NCBI GenBank assembly: GCA_012295275.1
Contig: CM022665.1
Coordinates: forward strand, 16,306,001 to 16,370,000
Direction of reading: 5' to 3'
DNA from: Chrysomallon squamiferum
Lineage: Eukaryota > Animalia > Mollusca
DNA length: 64,000 nucleotides
The notes below the pieces were generated by a model. It saw only the letters and a program-made list of their open reading frames with translations. It was not told where the DNA came from and did no database searches. The translations under genes were made by a program, and so were the position numbers. Positions 49,370 to 64,000 of the stretch are shown one piece after another; within the stretch, counting starts at the first letter, position 1, and every line of letters begins with the position of its first letter.

Positions 49370-49883
49370 ACACATCTCCAGTACCTGGTGTAATTTTCCA
49401 AATGCAGCTCCTCTGGGTCTCCATATTCACGTCCTGCCATCAGTCCCGTTAAACAGGCATCGGATCAGTGAATGTGTTTATGTTCCATGCTACTCTACAC
49501 AAGAAGGTTCTGTTTGTGACTTGGAGTCAGCAGAGGTTTGGCGATAGGTTGCCGTGATCTGATTCCAGCAGCATGGAGCCTTCCATTGACAGTGCTTGTA
49601 TTGTAAATATCTGATCGTATGGCCTCCACAGTTATCGGAGGATGGTTGCGTTGCAGAAGGGTGATTGTCTTGCAAATCGATCTAAAGCACGGTTTTCTAT
49701 ATTACTGTTTTTATAGGTTGACCTGGCTAGACTGCTTCTTGTCCTGACCTATCGCTGCCTGTTTCCGTACAAATCTGCTAACAACAGGATTGTTGATATT
49801 AAGACTAGAAGCAATCGTCTTGCACAAGTTTTCATCCCTATAATTTGCTTTTTCTGATTCTCTTTCATTCTGGTTCTAGTCAT
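49370..49883 (-). mobile_element. Decayed Tc1-family transposase remnant
   Basis: Minus-strand fragments across frameshifts and stops: KTIASSLNINNPVVSRFVRK, ENRALDRFARQSPFCNATILR, STVNGRLHAAGIRSRQPIAKPLLTPSHKQ, HIH*SD, TDGRT*IWRPRG. These are Tc1 HTH, KPLL linker and DG..VWR motifs. Confidence 0.85.
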
Positions 49884-51651
49884 ATTCGATTTATTACTGC
49901 TACTAATATCTGCAAGAAACAAAACTGACGCCAAGCTGACTTTCTGTGATTGTGATGTTTGCATGTATCAGTAATATTAAAGTTAATTCAGATATCAGTA
50001 CAGATGTTAGCACTAAACGAGCTGAACACACACATTTCACCGAGAACATGTTTTTTCTGTAATGAAATATTACATCAGTTGTTTTTTTCAGATTGAATTA
50101 GGTAGTGCTTAACTTTGGCTGAGATGTGTGTGTGTAAATTTGTGTTTGTGTGTGTGTGACAGTTTATAGTTTATCTTTTTCTGTCTTTTAAATCATACAT
50201 ACATACGTACAAATACAAATGCATGCAATCGTACCTACATACAGACATACATGCATAGATACATTAGGTGTCTATGTGTGTCTATGCGTGAATACTTTTA
50301 TGTGTTTTTAGTGTGTATATGAGTATGTTTGTTTGTTTGTTTGTTTATGTGTATGTGTGTATCACCATGACAAGTCTGGCGTGGAAGATACCTTAACCGT
50401 TTGGCACGTGACAAAACTTCAAAGATCCTCAAGACGAGTTTAAACGAAGTGCCATATTTCTGTATCTACTAAATAACATAAAATTTATTTATATGAAATA
50501 TATATATTAGTCTATATTCTGTGAATAAAAATACGTATAAACAAGAAAGACAAAATAAAGATAATTACCACTACAAGAGAAACGAGAAAGCCCTGAGTAC
50601 GTCATTCCGGCAATCGGACATTGTCGTAAAACGTTTCGTTTTCGTCGTCATTCCTCTGTCCTGTCCACCGCCACTTTTTCTCTTATTAAAATGGCGTCGG
50701 CTGAGTAAAGATACCCAGTCCAGGAGACATGTTTTCTCCGATCAAGTTGTAATATGAGTTGCGTTGTTTAATGAAAGAAAGGAATCTCTGTTAATTAAAT
50801 ACAGCTTTAAAACAGCCAATTAACTTCTGCATGCAGCTTGCTATTCAATAATTTTATAACCATTTAATACTGAACTAAAATATATATATATATATATAAG
50901 GTTATTCTGTTCTACGGCTTTGTATTTATATTTTATACAAAATTTAGCAGTCATTTCGCTTTAAATATACGTAAGAAAATCATTGTTTTAGAAATATTAT
51001 TTAGGTCCCGAAGTGTAAAATAAGAACACAGGAAAATAAAGGTGAATAATGTGATTCATTAAAATAAGGTTTAATGTGTGTGTGGGGGGGGAATAATAAT
51101 AATAATAATAATTAGAACAACAACAATAAACAACAACAACAACAAAACAAATAACACAGATAAATGGTTAACTGAAATTAATTAAATTGAACAAGGTTAA
51201 TTAAAGCTTAAAATACACTTCAATAAAAGTTTAAAAATATAATTATTTATTTCAAACATGAAACCAAAAATACAAAGAAGACAAAAAAGAGGAAAATCGT
51301 TGAACCATTTGAATTTAAACTGGTTAAAGAAACTCATTATAAAAGTATCTCAATAAAAGAGTTAAAAATATGGTTTATTTCAAATGTCAAGAAAAAATAC
51401 AAATAAAATAAACAAAAGAAAAATTGGTGACTGAATTTAATTAAATTAAAACATGAAACAAAGCTGTTAAAAAATACACTGCAATAAAATAGTTAAAAAT
51501 ATAAAAACAAATATAACTGTGTAAAATCATCCATCTTTGTCATTTATTTATGTTATTTTCTTTAAAATACTAAAACGTGATAACACAGAAAACTAATATA
51601 TTAATAAAAACAAAAAAATTAATTTGCATTCTTTGTATGTTTGTGTATATG

Positions 51652-51706
<55 letters not shown>

Positions 51707-52675
51707 CTATATGTTTGTTAGTTTGTGTATGTTTGTATAATTGTTTTTATATGTTTGTGTACATTTTGTGTTTGTGTGTTTGTATATGTTTTGGAGCATC
51801 TTTGTGTTTGTAGATGTGTTTGTACATAATTGTAAGTCTATTAGTATATGTTTGTTACATGTCTGTATGTTTATTTGTATACGTTTGTATGTGCTTGAAC
51901 ATATCTATCTGTTCCAATGACAGACAAAAGTTTGTGTGAAATAAATTATGTATTGAAAAATCAGGTGCAATAAAAGAAATAATCCTAAAGATGCAATAAT
52001 GAAACAGACATATACACACACTCATAATTAGCATCATAATTAACATCAGAATTAATATAAAAGTTAATACACTTTAAAATCAGTGTAAAGAGCTGACTAA
52101 AATATATATATATATATATTTTTTTTTTTAAATACCTAAGAAAAATATATATGTATTTCTTATAGGTATTTCATTAACAGTACAGTTTTAAGATAGAGGA
52201 AACTAAATCATCACAGTATCTTATTATACAGAACACACAAAATAAATGTAATATTATTTTAATTAAAAATAAAATAATTATCTACCTCCTGTAATGAATA
52301 TCGATTATATTCAGGATTAATAGATGTATGAACGCAATAGATGCACATTAGATTGGTTTGTATGATAATTATGAATATTTTTATTTTACACAAAATTAAC
52401 TGTACTTATAAATGATGACAATCAGTGTTTAGCTACCCGTACTCTTTTCAGCATGTATCAAGCGTTTTCTTTTAGGCCATGCTTTAATTCATTCCTTTTA
52501 TTATTGTTAAAGGTGCATTATTGTATATCATCATCATTACCATCATCATCACCATTATCTTAAATATTCTTGTCTATATGTATGTATAAAATATTAGCTT
52601 AATATACTAATATGCTTTAAATAAAGTTAGATTGATATTAATATTCTGTAAACGAAACAAATATTTCAGTTTAAA

Positions 52676-52800
52676 GAGACAAACCCAATCAGAGCTGTGG
52701 GAACTGAAAGTGGAACTCGTTAGTAATTAGTGATTATATTTTTATCAAGTAAATAAGTTAGTAAAAACTAGATACAGTGAACAGATATCAAGAAAAATAA
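52676..52800. repeat. 125-bp direct duplication, copy 2
   Basis: Identical by eye to 44384-44508. Confidence 0.85.
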
Positions 52801-52850
52801 ATGTGTTTTAGTAACGTACAAACTGTGTATTAACAGTTTTAATATTATAC

Positions 52851-53020
52851 TGATTATTAAATTAGGGTAATATAAATTAATCTAATATTCGTTTAATAGT
52901 TTTCATATTAAACATTGCAGGCATTGATTATTAAATTAGGGTAATATTAATGAGTTTAATATTCGTTTAAACATTTTAATATTACACAATGAAGGCAATG
53001 GTTATTAAATTAGAATATTA
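52851..53020. repeat. 74-bp degenerate tandem repeat (2-3 copies)
   Basis: tgattattaaattagggtaatat at 52851 and 52925, with a variant at 52999. Confidence 0.65.
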
Positions 53021-53264
53021 TAAATAACTTTACTGATGGTATTATATTTGCAAATGAATGCTATTTCCCTCTCAGACAAAATGTATTCATTGTTTAATCC
53101 TATATTTTTGCATTTTTGTTTCTCATTTGTGATACTTGTAATATTAAAGTGAATATTGTGCTTTGTATCAGAGTCTTATGAACTAAGCACTGCAGTTTAA
53201 ACATTATTATTATTATGCAAGAAAAACAATCTAACTTCTGTTTTCACTGAACGTTTACCTATAA

Positions 53265-53524
53265 TGTTAATATTTTAAACGTTCTCTCTGCCATCTCTAC
53301 TTCTAATTCTAAGCTAATGTTATAAACTTTCTCTCAACTATTTCTACTTATAATTTTAGGTTAATGTTTTAAACTTTCTCTCAACCATTTCTAATTATAA
53401 TTTTAAGCTAATGTTATAAACTTTCTCTGAACTATTTCTACTTATAATTTTAGGTTAATGTTTTAAACTTTCTCTCAACCATTTCTATTTATAATTCTAA
53501 GTTAATGTTTTAAATTTTCTCTCT
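53265..53524. repeat. 47-bp minisatellite (~5.5 units) downstream of the death-fold gene
   Basis: taatgttWtaaactttctctc... recurs at 53315, 53362, 53409, 53456, 53503. Confidence 0.85.
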
Positions 53525-53584
53525 AGGATGAGTTCAAAAACAAATCATCTCGCAGTGAACGTCCATATCTCTGGTTACCGCTTC

Positions 53585-57782
<4,198 letters not shown>

Positions 57783-58775
57783 CTGTTTTGGTTTGTATAG
57801 AATAATATCAAAAATAAGTATTCAGGAACAAAAAGACAATAATAATATCAACAGCAACAATAAGAAGAACAATAATAATGAGAAGAAAATTAAATACAAA
57901 AGTAATAAGACATGTAATAGTAATATCTGTAATAGTAATATCTACTGTAACTATTATTGCCGCTGCTACTCCTACTACCATTATAACTGTACTAACATCA
58001 TGATTACAATTAAGTTTTGTAACAAAAACAACAAATGTCCAGAGAGAGAGCAAAACTAACAACAAAACTGTAAATCAATAAATCGATTATAAACAAAGAA
58101 TGAATGAACGAAAATTCATACAAGCAAAGAAAACAATTAATTAATTAGTAATTAAATAAATCATTGGACTGAAATTTCATAATAACTACGTATCATCAGA
58201 CAGTATGAAAGTTAACGAAAGAATTTATTTATTTATTTTAACAGCCTTTCATTAACTATGATTATGTACTATAAGTAATATAACCTATGGCCTTGGTCGT
58301 AGGTAATTTTTTAAATAAACAAAGACAGAAATATCAAATACAGAATGAATGAATGAAATAACAAATAAATAAATAAGTAAATAAATAAATAAATATTTAA
58401 AAAATATTTTATAACACAGCAGAGGTTTGACCTAGTAAATCGATCGCATTATGTAGGTTATTTCCTTGTACTAATATAAATGGGAATAAAACAAAATACC
58501 TTGAATTATTGAAATATGCTCCAACACAGTTATTTGCAGAACGTATACAAGAAATGGAAGAAAATGAACAAATAAAAGAAAAAGAAAGATAAAAAGATGT
58601 AAGAAAACAGGCGCAAGACGCCCGGTTACGTGAGGCGATCTAGATCACGAGGTACCAGTCTTCTTCCTAGAAATCAACCAATGTTTCTACTTTCATTTTC
58701 AATAAAGTTAATAACTGACAAAAAATATATTATATACATTATATATTAATATACTATAATAATATATTAATAAAC

Positions 58776-58806
<31 letters not shown>

Positions 58807-61800
58807 AATCAATATTTCAACAGTACGTATTATATCTTTGACCTCAATTTTTATCTTAACGTCATGTTTGCCTGTATCGATTACAGTTATTTATGTATAA
58901 TAAAAAGAAAATGTATAATTACCTCCATCTGTTGAATTAATAAGTATCAGTGATCAATAGGGACGTAATGACAAAAATCAGATGAAAAAAAAAAAAAAAA
59001 AAAAAAAAAACAGAACGAAAGAAGTGGCAGCCATCTTGGTGCGGGAATGGCTTCTTTTGTTATTACGTGTCATGGTAACAGCCATGCGCTACAATGCAAT
59101 GCTTTATATTTGCCGTACATAATAGAAGGCGAGAGAATACGAAAGAAAATATCTCTTTGCGCAGGTAAAATTTTATTAATTTAGAAAAACAAATTAAAAT
59201 AAAATACATCTGACGGCTATCTCAAATACAATTTAAAAACACCTGTAATATTATGCACTGTTGAGTTGTATAAAGTTTGTCATACACAATTTATTAAAAC
59301 ATTACCCATAATAATTATGCAGAACTGATTGTACTATTTATAATACTGATATAAGATTCACAAATATACTATTGTCATTATTATTATTATTATTCTATTA
59401 TTTTTATTATTATTTTTCTTTTTTTTTTTTTTTTTTTTTATTTATTTATTTATTGTTATAGTTACTATTCTTATAATAATAATTATTATAACTATAATCA
59501 TTATCATCATAGTATATTTATGGTTATTAGTATTATTTAGTAGTAGTAGTAGTAGCAACAGTAGTATAAGTAATGGTAGTAGTAGTATTTAGTCTTATCA
59601 TTACCATTGCTGCTGATGTTAATTCATATTTTGAGGTTAATATTAATAAAATGAATGAAAGAAAAACGAAAAGTCTCTCGTACGTTTTAGAAAATAACAT
59701 AACTGGAAATGCACCTTCATCCTGTAAAATCATCAAATCGGATATGAAAAACAAAAAAAATTATTTGAATCAAATAAAGTATAAACGAATTTTCACATAG
59801 AAGTTTAATACCTTGAAAACCATTTTATCCGTATTATGTAACATAAATTGAACATATAATTGATAAAATAAGGATAATAATAATAATGATGAAAAAGATG
59901 AAAAAACTTTACTTTGAATTGCTGAAATATATAATACTCGCAAAGATTTGCGTAAGTATTACTACTTAAAGAAAATATTAAAAATGCAGAATAAAAAGTT
60001 CTTAATGGGTAGAAATATTTTTGTGTAAAACAACTAGAAATGGCATTTTACTTGAAGACCTCTATAAACGACCTTTACAACAGTATGAGATGGTTTCCTA
60101 GCAATGCATAATAATTAATGAATAAGCTGTTACACTTATCATCCGCCAGTCCTACAGTAAATGAAAAGTTTTAACTGGATAGCTTTTTATTTTATTTATT
60201 TATAAATTTATTTATTTTAAATCATTAGAAAGCCTTTTATGAAAACATATACAATTATTCACCAGAATAAACTGAAAAGTAGGCTAAAAACAATTTAATA
60301 TTAAAGTCAAATTCAAACTGGCTAAAATCCGTAAAATAAGAGTATTTTCAACTTCTTGAGCTCAAAAGAAAATTATGAATGCAACTTTTATTGCTTCATT
60401 TTTTTTTTTTTTCAAGTTATGTCTCATAATGCACGTTACTCGCTCGTAGTTTCCTCCACAAACCATTACCATCCACTTGCTTAGCGAGAATATCGCTGTC
60501 GAAGTTTATTCCTTACGAACGAGTAAATTGTCTTTGAACGTGTCCCGTATTTTCCCTGTGATGCCAGTAGAATAATATTCATTTCAAAATGAAGAAATGG
60601 ATTTTTTAAAAAGGTATTCTTGTTCGAGTATTTTTCGCCAAAACAGAGAATTTTCAACAGAGGGGTTTAAGGTATGAAACAAAAATTTGTTCGCTTGAAT
60701 TAAGAAAATCATAATTTTGAAAAGAAAACCATGCTCTTTCAGATGAGACTACGGTTTAGCTTTTTATGCGGATGGGGAAACCACGAAACGGAAGAAACAG
60801 AACCATGGTAGAAAGGCACGACCTGCTGTGTGAATGCGTGAAATGGCATCATTATTCCTCAAAAAGATTAACAAAATAAACATCTCACATTTTCATCAAA
60901 ATAAAAACAAACTTTGCATTGGAAATAGGAATAGTTTCTCTTTATTGTGGTGCATATTATGTTCTTTGAATAATAGCATATTTGTACCGAGCCGAGGAAA
61001 GTCGGCAATTTTCAGCAAGCATTTTGTGCGGGCTGCGATATTTTTTTTTCGTACAAACAGTTTGATATTCGCTCATGGGCACTTGCCTTCTTATTTATCT
61101 ACTTAGTATAATGTAGTCAGTCAGCTGTTCACAATTTGTGAGACAGACACGCCCCCTGGCCTGTCAGAAAGCGTGCCTGTCGTAGACGTGCTTCACAACA
61201 GCTCGCTCTGATTAGCACGTTAAACTTGTCCAGTTCCAGTTCCAGTTCACAATGTCCAACAAAAGGTGTTCGTTTGAGTAAAATTTCTTTACCTTTCAAC
61301 AGAACCATATGCCTAGGCCTAGGCCTAGAAGTTCACGAAGATATAGACATAATAATAACACAGCCATAGGCCTAGTGCATGTATAAATGCACTTCTAAAT
61401 CATTCCCCTGTAAAGAAAAAATACAGGCCTACGTGACAGAGGAGTAGCCAGTCGGACACACGTTCACATGACGTTGCAGGTAAGTGATCTGTCCGAGGCG
61501 GTAAACGTACACTTATATTTTCGCTAGCACTTCTTATATTTTCTGTCCATAGGACTGACAGTGCAAAATTTTAAATTAAATAGGTAAATTTCTGCACTGC
61601 GGTGATTGGCTGTTAAAGGAAAACTGACATTAACAAAGTAACAAATCACACCCACACCAAGATGGCCCTTTATTTTATTTTCCTCGTTTTCTCTCGTTTT
61701 TTTCCCCTTTTATTATTAATAATGTGATATTTATTTATCATTAATACTTTAAAGATTCAACTAACGAGGTAATTATAAATTTTGTTTTTATTTTACGTAA

Positions 61801-63099
61801 ATACATGATCGAAGCAGACAAACATTGTGTTATGGTATAAAAACAGATCGAATGACAATACTGGTTAAATACTGTTTCATAATAGTAAGTGTAATTATCA
61901 TTATTTATTTATTTATTTATTTATGTATTTACTAATTTATTTATTATAAATAATTGTTTATCATCATCATTATTATTATTCATGGGTATATATCAACAAA
62001 CACTGATTAATAATCAGTTGAAAATTACTATCATAATCAAATTCCTCTCAATAAAACGTACTTATTATACTGATACGTAGCGTAGCATTATTTGAAGAAG
62101 AAAATCTTATATTTACAAGGTTGAAATTTTAGTAAAGAACAACCGTATCTCCAAATCAAAGTTTTATATTCTGTATAAAATATAAAATATTTCACAATAA
62201 ATGTTGGTAACTATTCTTACGTAAAACTTGAAATGAGGAAGTACTTTCTTTGTGAACTTATTTATATAGTATTTCAAGGATTTATTTTTATTTTTATTTT
62301 TATTTTTTTGTTATTTTTATTTTTTTTATTATTGTTCATCTTCTTCTTAATATTATTGTTGTTGTTGTTTCATTTTATGTTTGTTTTTTTATTTATTTAT
62401 TGCTCGAGTGATTATTGGAAGATTTTTTTTTTCACTAATTATTTTGTTCATCTGTTTGCCCACGAAGGTAATTATCTATTTTTTTTCTTTTGTTTGTCAT
62501 TCATCTATTTCCTCTTTAATTTATTTATTTATATTCTCTCTTGTTTATTTACAGGATTGTTTTTAATCTTCAGCTATTTATCTGTTTATTGTTTCTTTGT
62601 TTATTTATTCGTTCGTTAAAAATAATGCTTGTTTGATCTTATAATACTTTTCTGGATAACAGTGAAATTATATATAATACTAGAAAACGGTCATATTTAG
62701 TAGTAATCCAAAATGTGGTAGTATTGCGTTTTTATCATATATGGACACAATAATTATAATCCATTTTAATCACAAATAAAATAATATTGAAAACATCATT
62801 AATAATAATAAAATAACTTTAAAAAAATGTTTCGTTAAGTTATGTACTTTTTGATGTGATTAACGTAGTTATTTTTAAATTTTAATTTAATGCTTAATTG
62901 CTAATTAAGATTTTCTCTGTGTGTGTGTGTGATTTAAGAATTTGTTTTCGTTCATTCTCTTTGTAATTTTTAATTGATTGATTGATTTATTTATTTTTAT
63001 TTAGTTATGTAGTTATTATTTTTTAAATTCATTTATTGTTTGTTTTTGTTGTTGGCTGGATTCTCTCTCTCTAGCAGTACTAGTCTTATAAAAGCTATA

Positions 63100-63855
63100 G
63101 GGTCATTCCATTTCATTTCACCCCCAAAAAAAAAAAAAATTTAAAACCGTCTCAGATTTTTATAAAATGGTAAATTTGTTGACTGGGAGAAACAATGGAA
63201 GGTAGCATAAAACAGACCATTGGTTTGCAAAACTGTATTTTGGTGGATATTTTGAGATTTTTTTAAACCATTTAAACCCTAAATTTAAACTGAATAAATC
63301 TTATTAAAATTGGTATTGTTAGAAAGGCAAAATGACAATTTAATCAGAAAAATGGCAAAAAAGGTGTTATTTTGTTGTTGTGCATTTTTAAATCTATGTT
63401 GTGGCTAAACAAAGACATATTACACCCAGGAAACTTTTTTATATGTTTTAGTTAACATGTGGGAATTAAATTTTTGCAACTGTACCTCAAGGTCTTTTGA
63501 TCCATACGGTCAATTTCAATTTCATAGCAAAGGTAAAAAGGTCAAGGTTAATAAAGTATTTTCCAAACTGAACAAAAATGGCAGATTTTGAATCCTTGTC
63601 ATTTTATTATTTCTATTGTTACCAATTTTATGAAGGTTTGGCCCATTAGTTATTGAGATATGAGGGTTTAACTTTTTAATGGTAATTTTTTTCAAAAAAT
63701 TCAAAATATGTTTATATATATCTCCCACCATCACTGGTCTGATTGGGCTAAAATTTCAGATTTTGGTGTGGGATCCCAGTAGAAGTATACCAAGTTTTAT
63801 AAAAATCTAAGATGGTCAGGTTTAAACTATTGGGTGATTTGACATGGAATGACCC
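63100..63855. mobile_element. Non-autonomous TIR element / MITE (~756 bp), superfamily unassigned
   Basis: 24-bp TIRs gggtcattccatttcatttcaccc and gggtgatttgacatggaatgaccc (revcomp gggtcattccatgtcaaatcaccc; 3 mismatches). No clear TSD and no ORF. Confidence 0.75.
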
Positions 63856-64000
63856 AGTAGCATAGTGCTAGTAGTGGTAGTTATAGTAGCAGTAGTATTA
63901 TTTCTTAGTTATTTTCATGTTCTTTTAAAAATAACTGTTATTATGATTTTAATTTTGTATGTTTACTGGTGTTTTATTTCTTATTTACTTGTCTTTTATT

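Noticed and set aside
49749-49964. Possible host exon (ttgcag|ATATTAG... on the minus strand)
   Set aside because: Overlaps the frameshifted 5' end of the Tc1 transposase remnant.
58499-58935. Candidate upstream exons of the death-fold gene (donor-like sites near 58499 and aacag|ATGGAG|gtaatt near 58923-58928)
   Set aside because: Only splice-like dinucleotides; cannot be supported without transcripts.

Overview
AT-rich, microsatellite-dense, intron-rich animal genomic DNA. A lophotrochozoan or mollusc source is my inference from gene content only. Almost all of the supplied ORFs are low-complexity artefacts; the real genes only appear after manual GT-AG splicing. (1) Two diverged GABA-B-receptor-like class C GPCR paralogs sit head-to-head: a 5'-partial minus-strand copy (ATG 6996, runs off the left edge) and a complete 16-exon, 739-aa plus-strand copy (29378-47249). 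Both replace the GABA amine-binding His with Asn. The complete copy also lacks the amine-binding Glu and the C-terminal coiled coil. (2) Between them is a 121-aa secreted protein: signal peptide + TSP1 repeat + 4-Cys CBM14 chitin-binding domain (14177-15140). (3) A minus-strand 7-exon death-fold gene has a CARD-like, DED, alpha/beta, coiled-coil, DED-like architecture (57782-53585) and two apparent 1-nt frameshifts. (4) Mobile DNA includes an internally deleted Tigger/pogo element, a decayed Tc1 transposase, two TIR MITEs, a tRNA-derived SINE and dispersed near-identical duplications. Several minisatellites are also present. All coordinates and translations were derived by hand; no database searches were run.
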